Below are positions 25,251 to 38,773 of a stretch of DNA of 64,000 bases, in pieces. The notes below the pieces were generated by a model. The model saw only the letters and a list, made by a program, of their open reading frames with translations. It did no database searches and had not been told where the DNA came from. The position numbers and the translations under genes are program-made. The DNA is from Narcine bancroftii (taxonomy: Eukaryota): NCBI RefSeq assembly GCF_036971445.1, contig NC_091474.1:151404001-151468000 (forward strand), given 5' to 3'. Every line of letters starts with the position of its first letter. Position 1 is the stretch's first letter.

Positions 25251-26016
25251 TCTCTCCTCCCCTTCTTTTTGCTCATACTGTATTTGACCAAAGGCTCAGG
25301 CCCAGAATGTTGGGCTTCCCTTTTCTTCTGCTTGATCTGCCCGATTCCTCCAGGACTTTGTCTTGCACAAGAATCAACTTCACTTGCTTGGCTGATTGCT
25401 TAGGAAGATCCTGACATTAGTACTATGTTGTGCTATGGCTCCACAGGATAGCAGGCCATCAGCATCTTGGTCAATAACTATTCAACACAACAGAGAGGTT
25501 CAATTTGACCTCTCCATGCCTTCCTGTCCTCCCTAAATTTAAAACTTTTTAAAAAAACCTCTCTTTCCCAGTTCTGATGAGGGCTCTTTGCCGCAAAGCA
25601 TTAACTCCATTTCTTTCTGTAGATACAGCCTGAAATGCAAACATTTTAAATCTTTATTTCAGATTTCGATAAGATGCAGATTTTTAATTTTCTTTGACCA
25701 TTATAAGCATAATGTTCTGTTTCATTTTCCTGATGTGTTTCTTCACGCAAGCTGCAATTTCTTATTTATCATTTGATGACATCACTGTCAAGGTTCACAG
25801 CCCAGAGGAGTCTACATGAGTTGCAATGTTATCTTCCTGGGTGAACAATTTTCTAAATGCTTATCCAGGAGGTAAAATTCACTTGATTGAGTGGTGGGCT
25901 GTACTTGGAAATGTGCTGCAATTCTATCGAGTTTCGACAGATTAAATAAACTCTTGCATTTCATTATTACACTGCGAATAAAACTGGGATTCCTGTGGGA
26001 AATGGTGCAACGCCAG

Positions 26017-26247
26017 TGTAGATCGCATCGAAAGAACCAAAGACTTGTTGATCCAAACCAAGGCTTTTATTAACTAAAAGACTGGAGCATATCACAAGAA
26101 GGTCGACCAGTCCAGAATGACCTGGTCTGGCTAGGAGCAATCCTTTAAGACCTGCCAGTAGGTGTGGCTACACTCTCAGCCAATCACAGTCATCCTACAC
26201 TACCATCTGTACATATACACATTGGTGATAGAATCTGTACTATCACA
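26017..26247 (-). mobile_element. Solo LTR, 231 bp (Gypsy-type)
   Basis: TG...CA termini, 5-bp flanks GCCAG/ACCAG, and minus-strand AATAAA at 26066-26071, about 49 nt from the LTR 3' end. Confidence 0.8.
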
Positions 26248-27749
26248 ACCAGGAAACCTATGCAGGTCTAATAGATCAGTTGTTTATTTAAGGTTGTTAC
26301 CTCCACTGCTGCATGAAAGGCAGTGCAATCAATCAGGAGATTATGATGGCCAATATAACAGGGTCTGACTACCCAGAGTGGCAAATCAGTTCAGGATCAG
26401 GACTCCACACATAATCTGTGACATCAAGTCAGCAACAATCCTCATGTTATGCAGAATTAATCCAATATGAGACTGTCTAAATGCTTCAAGCCATCATAAA
26501 AGATCCATTTTTAAAAATTAATTTGGAAGCATTATTCAGGCTAATTGACAAAAATTAATGACCAAATATGTTCACTAGTTTCAGGAAATTATTTTAAATA
26601 TTTTTAAATCTCCCAATCAAACACAATTTGAATATCACATAATTTAGATAGGTTGATAAGAGGACTCCCGCCAGAAATTCTGATGGAAGTTTACCAACAT
26701 GGTTTCTTTTTCCACAGATGCTGCATGACCTACCGCATCATAGCCTAGTTTCAGATGTATTGCATCTCCAGCAGTTTGATCCCAATGTTTAGCTGAGGAC
26801 TCATGTTTATGTTGAAGAGACACAGCGCTGGAATTCTTTCATCTATCAGAACGGTTTACTGCTTGGATTTTGAACAGAGCAGATTCTTCAAATGTTGGTT
26901 CAAAATGGAACCGACAGCAGAGGAAAAAAAAGTTTGCATTGATTGAACAAACAGCTGGCTGGTATTTAAGGTGTCTCCTCTACAGGTGAACTTCATTGGT
27001 GGTATGAAACACACTTTTAGACTGATAGGTTTCAGAAACCATGGAAGATTTATTAAAAGTTTTTGATTTACATGCAATATTCTGACTCCCCAAATCATCA
27101 AAGGGGAATTAAAATTCCACAAATTATTTAATACCCATGCTTTGTCTTTCAGCAATTCAAAAGTTTACATCCAGAAAGGGAATGGATTCCAATGTCAGTT
27201 TGCTTGGGGATATTGGACCACAGTGCAGAGTAAGGTGAAACAAAAATAAGAGCAAGAATGCAGTTAGAGGATTACAGTATTCCAATTACACAGGTTCGGA
27301 GCTACCTCTACTGTGCAAGTTAATTTCAACACCTTCGTAACAAAACACTGCACATTAATAAACAAAAGGCTTTCTAGATTACCCATGATGAATGCAAACT
27401 CATGCTAAGATATGGTTACACAGAGTTGGCACTCTCCCATTTTACGCATGGCAATGGTCCAGTTGAAAGCCTTAAAAGTCCAGAATTTTTTTTTCCCCCT
27501 AGTGTTTAACCAATCATAAACAAAACACCCACAAAAACCTATTTTTTTCCCCCAAAACTTGTGTTGGAAATATAGGCAAACACTATCATTTCAGGTAAAA
27601 TGGGGACAAAGATTGGAACAGGATAAGTGTGTGAGACTTTGGCTGTCCAGATGCTATGGTTCTCGCAATTTAGCTGCAATTTATCAAGTATACCAAAGGC
27701 AGATGATTTTCAATGAAGAACTTCACTGAATGCTGAAGAAAAAAAACTT

Positions 27750-29850
27750 TAGCCAAACTATTCTATGCTAACCAATATGGTATTCTGGGTAAATCCCATT
27801 TACCTATACTTGATCCATATCCTTCAAAACACTTTTTATCTATCAATCCCTTCAAATCTGTTGAATGTGGTTATTGTGCCTGCTTCTACAGATCCCCCTA
27901 GCAGCCTCGTTCAGAAATTGACCACTCTCGGAGTGAAGAAATTTCCTCTCATGTCTCTCCTAAATCTTTCCCATCACACCTTAAATCTATGCCTGCTAGA
28001 TCTGGAATCATCTATCTGAAAAAAAAACTAAACACTCATTTTATTCACGTCCATCATCGTTTTGTACACCTTTATAAAACACCATGGGCTGGAGGGCCTG
28101 TATTCTGCTGTATTGTCCAATGTTTGACACAATCATTCGTCAACCTCCATTCCAGGGAATAAAGACCCAGCCTCTCCAACTTCTCCACACCACTCAGCCC
28201 CTCCAGTCCCATCAACATCTTGGTGAATCTCCTCTCCATCCCTTCCGATTTATTAATGTCCTTCCTATAGCTGGGTGACCAGAACTGTATATACGATTCA
28301 AAGTGTGGTCTCACCAATGCCCTGTAGAGCTGAATTACATGTTCCTAACTTTTGCACTCTCTGTCCCGGTTAATGAAGGCTAGCTTGCCAAAGGAAATTC
28401 AAGCCCAAGTTATAAAGCAGTATTAGAGGCCTCCACTCTCCTAGATGGCCAACTCTCTCATGGTATCACAGTCATCATAAATACATGCTGACCACCATGC
28501 ACTTTTTAAAAATGTAGTAATCCCACTTTAACCAATTTTATTCTTCCCACATTCCCATCAACTCCACCCAGAATCTACTGCTCATCTACACACACTGAAG
28601 GCAATTCACTGCAGCCAATTAATCTCCTGATCCTCACCGTGCAGTCACAAGGAGAATTTACAAACTCCACAAAGAGAGGATTGAAGGTCAGGAGTGAACA
28701 TGGGTTGCAGAAATGTGAGGCAACAACTCTGACAGCTGGCCAGTTCTTCAGTTCGCAACAAGGAAACAGCACCTCTTGCAAGTGAAGCATGTCTGTGGGG
28801 TCGAGCCCAAGATTAATCTTGGCTTCCATTTCAATTCTCCAGGCCATTCCCATTATCAACCACAACCTAGGGACTCTTCCTCTGTTATAATGGAACTAAT
28901 GCTTGGATAACAGTGCCTCACTTCTGTGCAGCACGTTGCAACCTTCCCAACTCGATATTGAATTTTGACTTCAGGCAAGTCACTTTCTCTGTCTGTATCG
29001 GAACTGGCCATTTCTGCTGGGTCAACCATTTGCAATACTTACCTAGCTTTCTCTCTATTAGCACAGCCTGCTCTGCTATTTATAAAACTGCCCTCTTTAA
29101 CCGCTAGCAAACCTTCCCACAAGGATCATTCGTCCCCTCTAGCTCGGATGCTGTCGGAACAGGTCCCACCTTCCTGGGAAGAGAGCCCAATGATCCAGAA
29201 GCCTGAAGCCATCCCTTCTGCACCATGTCTTTAGCCTCATGTAAAGCTGCATTATCCTCCTGTTTCTAACTTCAATAACAGGAGGCACAGGCAGCATTCC
29301 TGAGATCCAAACCCTAGATGTTCAACCCCTTGAGGTCTCCTTGTAGGACCTTCACCCCCTACTCATGTCATTGGTCCCCATATGGACCATAACATTTGGC
29401 TGCTCACCATCCATCCTAAGAATGCCGTGAATTCAATCCAAGACATCTCAGACGCTGGCACCAAAGAGCCAACAGTCCATCTGGGATACTCAACCTCTTC
29501 CATTGAACCTCTCATCTGTTCCCCTAACTATGGAATCCCCTTAACATGTTTTGTCAGGAGCTGCACATGGATGCACTTCTCGCAGGTGAAGTCGTCAGGG
29601 ATACTGCTGGCTTCCCTAACTACCTATATTCTGCAAGAGGAGCATTCTCCTGCTTTGGCTGCTGTTCCCACTGTCTATTACTAAAGAAAAAAATGATATC
29701 TAAAACCTGCCTTTACCTGCTGAATCCTTTTTGTTCCTTGAACAGGATAGCCTTTCTTACCACCACCTCACCCTCTTCTCACCGAAGCCTCTTGAGCCAA
29801 AGCCTTACCACTCTGACTCAGCCCACTTCAGCAATGCCCACACCCTCGAG
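27750..29850 (-). mobile_element. Internally deleted CR1 with 5'UTR, ORF1 SGNH-esterase remnant and 3' end; SINE inserted at ~28530-28740
   Basis: Minus strand GDSIVRGTD...VMVHMGTND (esterase-like, ~29370-29545) and VRPHFESYIQFWSP (ORF2 C-terminus, 28072-28317). Confidence 0.75.
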
Positions 29851-29959
29851 GTTTATCAAGTATACCAAAGTAGATGATATGCAATAAAGAACTTCACTGA
29901 ACACGGAATTAAAGAAAAACTTGCACATAGAACAGGCCCTTTGACCAAACTGACCTGCT

Positions 29960-32175
29960 CCGGGGGGAGGGGGGTGTTTAAACTAAATTTGCAAGAGAAT
30001 GGGAACCAGAGGATCAGAACAGATAGAGGAGTAAAGGAAGGAAAAGATGATATGAAAATTGCATGTAATGTGATAAGTCAATGGGTTGTACAAGGTGGAA
30101 ATGTTTTCTGGTGAATCTATTTCAATGTAAGAGGTATTGTAGAAAAGCAGATGAGCTTAGAGCGTGAATTGGTGCATGGAATGATGACATTGTGGCCATT
30201 AGTGAAACTTGGTTGCAGGAGGGGCTGGACTGGCAGCTCAATGTTCCATGCTTCTGTTTTTTTCAGATACGATAGAACGGGGTTGGGGGGAAGGGGATGA
30301 AAGTGGTAGGAGTGAAATTACTCATCAAGGAAAATATCAGGCACGATAGACCAGTGAGCCCATCTAAAGAAGTTATATGGGTGGAGCTGAGGAATGGGAA
30401 AGGTACACCATACTCATGGGGTTGTATTATAGACCAACAAATAGTCAATGAGACTTGGAGGAGCAAATTTGTAGACAGATAGCAGACAACTGCAGGAAAC
30501 AATAGTGGGAGATTTTATACTGTAAAGGGGCTGGATGGCTTGGACTTTGTCAAATTTGTGTCAGGAATTTTTTGTAAATATAAAGAGGTATGAATTAGAT
30601 CAGTAGTTTTCAAACTGTCCCCTCTAAACTCACATTTCACCTTAAGCAATCCTGATACCATTGGTGCTCTGTGCTTAGTAAGGGATTGCTTAAGGTGGTA
30701 TGTGAGTGGGAAGGGAAGGATGAGAACCACTGCTCTAGACTCAGTTGTTATTGAAATGTTTTGCTTGAGAAAAATTGTCTTTGGCCCAATGCCTTTGGAG
30801 TTATGAAACCATACACATAACGAGTCAATTAGGTTCAATTAAAACAGTGGTTTTCAAACCTTTTTCTTTCCATTCACCTACCACCTTAAGCAATCCCTTG
30901 CTAATCACAGAGCACTTATGGCATAGGGAATACTTAAAGTGGAATGTGAGTTTAGGGGGGGGGGAAGTTACTGGATGTTCACTTAGGGAATGAGACAGGA
31001 CAGACGACAGAGTATGTGCCGGGTAAAATTTTAGGTCTTGTGATCATAATGCCATTAGATTCATGTTAATTATGAAGAAGGATGGGTCTGGGTTGAGATT
31101 CTAAAGGCCAATTCTGAGGAAATGAGAAAGCATCTAGAATGCATGGATTAGGATAAGTTGTTTTCGGACAAGGATGTGTGAAGTAAGTGGAGGACCTTCA
31201 AAGGTAAAATTTTGATAGCATAGAGTTTGTATGTTCCTGTCAGAATTAAAGCCAAAGTTAGCAAGCACAAGGAATATTGATTTTCGAGGGATAGAGGTGA
31301 ACTGGTTTGGAAGAGGTATAGTAGGTATAGACAACATGGAACAAACAAGGTACTTGAGGAGTATAAAAATGCACAAAAAACCACAAGAAATCAGGAAGGC
31401 TAAAGGAAATCATGAGGTTGCTTTGGCACACAATGTGAAGGAAAATCCTAAGGGTCTCAACAGGTATATTAAGACAAAATTGGTCCCCTAGAAGATCAAG
31501 TGGTCGACTTTGTATGGAGCCAAAAGAGATGGAGGAGACCTTAATTTTTTTCCCCAATCAGTATTCACGCAGAAGACTGACTCATGGACAGTAAAGAAAA
31601 CAAGCAGTGAGGTCATGAAATCTATACAGATTAAAGAGGAGGAGGTGCTTGCTGTCTTAAAGCAAACAAGGGTGGATAAATCCCCAGGGCCTAACAAGAT
31701 ATTCCCTTGGACTTTAAGGGAGGCTAATGTTTACAGGGATGTTGCCTGGACTTCAGGAACTGAGTTACAGAGAAAGGTTAAGCAGGTTAGGATTTTATTT
31801 CCTGGAGCATAGAATGAGGGGAAATTTGATAGAGGTATTTACAATTGTAAGTGGTCAAGACAGAGTAAATATAGGTGGCTTTTTCCACTGAGGCGAGGTG
31901 AGATACAAACCAGGGGATGTAGGTTAAGGATTAAAGGAGAAAAGTTTAGGAGGAACTACTTCACACAGAGAGTGGTGAGAGTGTGGGACAAGCTGCCAGC
32001 TGAAGTAGTGAATGCAGGTTCAATTTTTACATTTAAGAAGAATTTGGACAGGTATATGGATGGGAAAGGTATGGAGGGCTATTGGCTGGTTGCAAGCCAG
32101 TGGGACTTGGCAGAATTATAGACAGACTAGAAGGGCCAAAGGTGCCTGATTTTGTACTGTAATATTCTATGGTTC
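29960..32175 (+). mobile_element. Decayed CR1 (endonuclease region to 3' end, RT deleted), interrupted by a MITE
   Basis: Motifs DIVAISETWLQ, EVIWVELRNGKG, DKSPGP and FTQRVVRVW, ending in a TTCTATG tail. Confidence 0.82.
30601..30968. mobile_element. Composite double-hairpin hAT-type MITE (copy 2 of 3, opposite orientation)
   Basis: Begins CAGTAGTTTTCAAAC. Has the same two palindromic modules, with the spacer reverse-complemented relative to 7895-8263. Confidence 0.8.
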
Positions 32176-33819
32176 CATTACTCATCCCCTTACCTCCACC
32201 AATCACAGACATTTCCTTTGTCCCATCCATCCCTCCATCACTGCTACATAAAAATAACCTCTATTCGCTCCACCAGATTTTTTGCAAGTATTTATGATCT
32301 GAAGAATTATATTAACCCCATTTCTCTTTCCACCAATGCTGCCTGATCTGCTGAGGGTTTCCATCTTCTCTTTTCATTTTAAGTAAGCTGCTGATTTTCT
32401 CCCAGCGGATCATATTTTTCTATTAGCTTCTGTATTTACAATGTCATAAATCAGGAAAAAGCTTTAAACTGTAGGTGTTCTGCCGAGATCAGCCCACCTA
32501 AGACTGAAGGTCACTGCAACAGCTGTTTGAACATTCAGCATGGAATGTGCTCTCCAAAACTTGATTTCCAACTCAAAACAGCACGCTGTGCTGAGAGTAC
32601 AGTGCGAACAGCTGTTAATGTAACCAGCGAAAAATGCATTAGACTAAACTTACCAATTTTAAGCAGAAGCAGGTTTTCATGTACAATAACAGCACTTCCC
32701 TAATTTAAACTTATTTAAATTGAAAAATGTAATTACCAAATGACAAGCCGCATTAAACCTAAATCAATGCATTCATAACTGACAAATTAATTTGGTTCCG
32801 AAAGCCTCATTATTAACAGTGCAGGTCGAACTACAAAGGCCATAAAGCTAAATAAATACGTGAATGGATTTTGAGCTGGAATGTTTTGTTGCGACCCAGA
32901 ATGATTACTCAGTAGATTCCCGCTGGATCAATCACACACCCACATTTCAGACGTTTGTTCACAATGGTAATTACTTGGTCCAGTTGCAGTACATGATCGC
33001 AATCAGCTAAGACTCATTGTCAAACAGTGCCATCTGCAGGAAGTCATCCACGAAGCCCACCCCAAGTGTACAGCTGTTCCATTACACTGAAGCAAGGATG
33101 ACTATTTCCCAAGTTCACACTGCTGGTTGCAATCCCCTGCAGCTTTATCAGTGGATGGAAACTTGTGCTGACACATGAAGCAATGGACAGGGCCCCTTGC
33201 CAGCAGCTTCAATGACTCCAAGGACAATGCTCAATGCACACATTTTTATGGAAATCTCAGATTTGAGAACAGTAAATCTAAGAAGTTCAGCGATCCTCCT
33301 TATGTAGGAAGATGCATCAGGAGAGCTTTACAATGAAAAATTAAGCAGTGTGCATCAAATACAGGGAAAAGGAGAAAGAATGGAGACTAGATTGGGGAAC
33401 ATGAACACATTGTCATAGCCCATTAAGTTTTCAGCTTCTTCTGTTTTCACCAGTGGATCAAGTATGACTTAATTCAAATACAAGTTGGGATACCAGCAAA
33501 TAACGAATTAATAAGCGGGAACCAGGAGCAAAAGAAGGGCAAAAATGGCCTTCCCTTTTGCTGTTACTTTTTGAAATTGAGGACAATCCAGATAGGAATT
33601 AACCACCGCATCCTGAGGGTTGACCATTTTGATCACTGTGCAAAATGACATTGGGTTGCTGCTTTCATACTGTTAAACAGTTAAATTCAGGAATCAAGCC
33701 CGAGGTTATGTCATATTTCTTCTCCCATTGCTTTATCATATGGCTTGTTTAATGATGGTCACCTCTCCTTCTCCTGTCAGAAAACAACCCATGCTCTTCT
33801 AGTGTCTTTCACAAGCTCA

Positions 33820-34090
33820 GTGCTTCCCCAAATGCATCGTAGCTAATGAGCATTTTTCATCTGTACTTGTGGAGTAATATGGGAGACTTTGCACATAGCT
33901 AGTGCCCCCAAAGTGCAGCCTGATCAAGTGAAATGAGAATTTTGTGGAGACACCATTGGAGAGATTTTTCACGCGAGATGCCTGCTTTGGGTACCCCAAC
34001 TGTCAGATGTGGCTGCAGTTTAATATTTCACCCAATGAAAGGCAACTTTTGGCAATGCAGCACCACCTCAACCAAACCCTTTGCATTTAC
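33820..34090 (-). mobile_element. Ancient Deu-domain SINE remnant
   Basis: Degenerate match by eye (CAGATGTGGCTGCAGTTTAATATTTCACCCAATGAAAGGCAAC...AATGCAGCAC). Confidence 0.45.
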
Positions 34091-36286
34091 ATCTCCCCAG
34101 TGGCTTTGAGAACTCACACCATGCCTACAAAAGATGGATGTTAACAACACTAACAACAAAAGTGTGAACAAAGAAAAGTGCTCAACTACTGAACTTACAA
34201 ATGCCCTATGCCCTTTGGACGGGGGTGGCAGGAAGAATTAAAAGGCCTCTTAGTTAACACAGTGCTGCTCTCTGCCAATCATGCACTACCATTCTCCACA
34301 TCCACATTTACTTTTCTATGCTTCAGCTTTATATTTGTGGTCTAACATGGCACCTGGTGAGGCTGTCTGTAAAGGCCCAGACAAAAAAAGTTTTCAAAAA
34401 TGACACTGTAAAGATGCAACCTCATTACCTTCCGACATTAACTAGTCTCTTGTCCAAGTTTCAGTGGCCTCAGTCCTGAAAGATGGCTGATATCAACTGG
34501 TCATGCTCCTTCTCTGGTTGTTTCGGGAGAGTGACAGTAGGACTACTGGGTAACGAGGGCCATCAAGAGACACCAGCATCTATTTCCTTGAGTACACAAT
34601 TTCTCGAGCCTTATGTGCATAATGCTACAGTAAGGATTTTTGATTCTTTCTCAAGGCCATTCATACACAATGTGCAGGAATAAAACCTGTATTTGATGTT
34701 GTTTACTTACATCATAATAAACCAGGACTGGAGGCCTACCATCAATACACAAATTCAACCACTGATTATTTACTGATAGGAATTCTAAGACTCAAAGCTA
34801 TATCAATTGGGAGAACGTGAACTTTTTGATCCAAAAACTGGAGCTCTTCTGCCTTGTCTGGTTAGTTGCTGAGAACCAATCAGGATGCTGACAAGGCAGA
34901 TACAAGTATGAATGATTAAATAATTATTCAATGCCAAGCTTCTTACCTCAAAAGGATAAAGATGTAGGCTGGATGGGTGCTGCACACTGTTGTTTTATTA
35001 CAGAAAACAGCTTATTATTCAAACTGCAGATACCATTGAAGAGCAAAGTGGGGCTACAAAAACTGGGAGATGGGGTCCTGTGCTCAGGCAACAGAATGAA
35101 ACAGCAAACGTAAAAGATCAGAAGGTTAAGTACCTAAAATTGGTATTTAAAACAACTGTTCAGAAGCCTAAAACAGCGAAGAGAACCTGTGGTAGGTACA
35201 GAAAAAAAATAAGACCTCACTCAACTGTACAGGCTGGCCTGCCTCCGACCCTGTAACTCCTCACCGTAAGATTCCCAATAAAGGGTGATAGCCCTAGTTT
35301 CCTCCCTCCATACAGCCTTGGATCCCAGATCTGCTTGTCTTCCCATTCTCAGGCCAGCAGCATGTAGAGACATGCCTGATGTTTCAGGATATTAAAGCTT
35401 TTAATCATTCGTTTTGAGTCTACTTGCATAATTGATCGCGCTGCACCCTCTCTGATGGTGTGCGTCTTTAACTCAAGCTGCCGAGGGTACACAGGGTGAA
35501 AATTATGTAATAGCTGAAAGGAGCTCTGTTTGTACTCCACTTAGAATACACCATTCTGCTCTACACACTACATTTTAATATGAAAATGCCAGTTTTGGGA
35601 CGGCTTCAGCACAGATTCACAGGTGTTAAAAAGATTTGTATGTGCACACCGATTGCCTAAACTATAATTGTATACTTTAATGTGCAATTCAAAAGGCAGA
35701 TTTACCTGGACTGTAAAATTTTATTGTGAACATGTAAAAATTATTTGCTTTGTACTTCTTCATCCAAACAGTGGTGGAAATGTGAACTTGCTGTCCTCTC
35801 ACACCTATCAATGACACCACTTACCCTTGTCAAGCCTGCACGAAGATATCTGAGAACATAATTATCAATGGTTTTCTCATTAAGAAATAGTATCAAGTTC
35901 ATAGATAGAAACAGGGGTTGTAGAATTAAGGCAGATCAGTCATTTTGTCACATCAACTTCCCAGATCAGTTTGAATTTAAGACAGGCAAGTAGTAACAGC
36001 AGTATTTACTTATACTCCTGATAGAAATAATACCTTATGGCAGACTTCACTGAATAATCTTTAAAAAATAAGATTATATTTTCATGAATTGAAATTATGC
36101 CCAATTTATTGTTGTTAAAGTTAGACACAAACATCCCTCAAAGTTTTCAAATGTTAAATATGCCCACTTTATTGTGCCTGCAGAAGCTCATATAAAGTTC
36201 CTGCAGACACTGAGGTTGGATCAAATTGGTCTATTGGCAGCAAATCTTCGAGACAAAATCCTTTTGAAAATTTTCACTTCGGTGAC

Positions 36287-36484
36287 TGTAGTGAACTGGG
36301 AATTCACGACTGATGTGATGTCCTAAGGACTGGCTTCTCCCCCAACTCTGTCCCTGCATATCCTGATATAAACCCTGGATCCCTACCAAACCCCAGTTCA
36401 GTCCAAAGACTATTGTGTGTTATTCTTACTGAATAAAAGTGTGTGGTAATCTCTCTTGTCTTGAGTGCTCTCAGTCGCGCTACA
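36287..36484 (+). promoter_or_regulatory. 5' LTR of Gypsy A with TATA, Inr-like and poly(A) signals
   Basis: TGTAG...CTACA termini, TATAAA 36367-36372, TCAGTC 36398-36403, AATAAA 36432-36437. Confidence 0.8.
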
Positions 36485-38773
36485 ATTTTATTCAGTAGAG
36501 GATGGAAGCTCTGTTGAACACAATGCCGCTCCTAATTGACTCTGTCCCCAGAGGAATTCACATACTGGCTTCCAAATGGACGTGGAAGGCATACAAATGG
36601 ACTACTTCATGGATGAACTCAAGACATCAGCGCTCCTTTCACACATCAGACCTAAAGGATTCCCAACCATCAGGGACTGGACTACTTATGAATTGGCCAT
36701 CGAAAGGCTGAAAGATCGCTACATGAGGCCCCGAAATGTCATCCTGGGAAGACATCAGCTCTCACAACGGAAGCAGCAACCTAGTGAGTCCATTGAAGTT
36801 TTTGTCCTCATCCTACAAGCATTTGCGAGGAACTGAGGGAACGAAGATGGCTCGGCCTGAGAATGGGAAGACAAGCAGATCTGGGAAGCTCTTGTCAGTG
36901 GTGTGAGGTCCAAGTACATCAGGCAACAGTTGCTGGAGCAAGGCAGCACGGTGCTGTCTGACAACGTGTGACTGGCCAAGTCACTGAAGATGGTTGAACT
37001 GGGAGCTGATAACCTGGAAGGCGACGGCCTACAGTACCAAGGGATGCTTTTTCTGCAGTCAATGTCCTGCTAAAGACTCCATCTGCTCCATTTGTGGTAA
37101 GAAGGGGCACAGGGTGAGGGTCTGCAGGGCGAGGGGGAGTACTGAGAGGTCCAACGCATGTGTGACCCCCATGTGTGACTGAGGTGAGTCCAAAGCCCAA
37201 TCCCATGACCTCCCAATGCCAGTGTTGTGTGCCATGGCCTTCTTGTGGGGCTGCACAGTGAGGGCAGCGATGCGGGAAACCCCAGCGGCCATCTATCCAC
37301 ATTTTGAATCTGGTGTCATTCTCATCAGATGAGGAGGGAGAGCAGCCATATTGTCACATTGCTTGGTCTCTGCCATCTTGCCAGTTTTCAAAATCGGCAC
37401 CAGCAGAAGGAGAGTGGCCATCTTGCTGCACTTTGTGGCCCCCGCCATCTTGCCGACCTGACAATCTGTAAGGGGGGAGCAACCCCAGTGAGGGGAATGA
37501 CTGCATCTCTGGAGTCCTGGCAATGATGGTGTTGGACCAGGAGATACCTCACCAACTGAACAATTCCACGATCAAGGTGGGAGTTAACCGACATAAACTG
37601 AAATTTTTAATTGACCCTGGTTCGACTGAGAGCTTCACAGATGCAGAGACAGTCCAAAAACTTAAAGTGTACCCTTCTAATTATTGTATTTTTTTAGCAT
37701 TCCATATGCAGTCTGTAAATATTCAAGAACATTGTATAGTTCATTTATCTTTGCAGGAGGGGGAAATTCTGTAAATTCAGAATGTATACACTTAAGAATT
37801 TATGTGCACTGGCTTCTAAAAATGTGACCCTGGAGTATTCTGGTCCTCGTCCCCCCCATTACGGTTCGGAGCAGAAGGCCCCAAAATTCTGATGCCTCTT
37901 GTTGTTTCTCCAAACTGAATATAGATCCACCTCCACTGTTCCCAAATCTGAGTGCTGATTGCAGACCAATTGCTATGAAAAGCAGGCGCTATAGTGCAGA
38001 GAACTGGGCATTCATCAAGGCTGAGACACAGGCACTGCTTGATGAGAACATTATCGAGCACAGTACCAGTCCATGGAGAGCTCAGGTAGTTGTGGTAAAG
38101 GGGGAAGAAAGGTCCAGGTGAGTAATTGGCTATAACCAAATTATTATTCATTTTACACTCCTGGATGCATACCCCCTCCCTCGTATTTTGGACATGGTGA
38201 ATAAAATTGCGCAGTATAAAGTTTATTCAACCATTGACCTTAAAACTGTTTACCATCAATCCATTCTGAGTACTGTCCCTACACGGCTTTTGAGGCTAAT
38301 GGGAGACTCTATCAGTTTCAGACAGTTCCATTTGGTATCACAAATGGGGTCTCAATCTTCCAGAGACAAATGGACCAAATGGTAGACAAATTTAAGTTAA
38401 AGGCCACCTTCCCCTACCTCAACAACACTACCATTTGTGGCCACTCTCTGGAGGACCGTGACACCAATTTCCAGAATTTTCTTCATGCAGCAGAGGCCCG
38501 GAACCTTACTTACAACACCAGTGTTCAGGGCTAAACCCCTAGCTATATTGGGCTGCGTGGTTGAGAATGGCATCACTGGCCACGTCCCCAACAGGATGCA
38601 CCCCCTGTTGGAACTCCCAATCCCGAGAACCACAAAAGCTCTGAGGAGGTGCCTGGGCTTCTTCTCATATTATGCCCAGCGGGTACCTCAAGATGCAGAC
38701 AAGTTTCTTAAAAACCACCCTCTTCCCACTGGCAGGTGAAGCTCAAAATCCTTTCAACTATGTCAGAAGCCAC

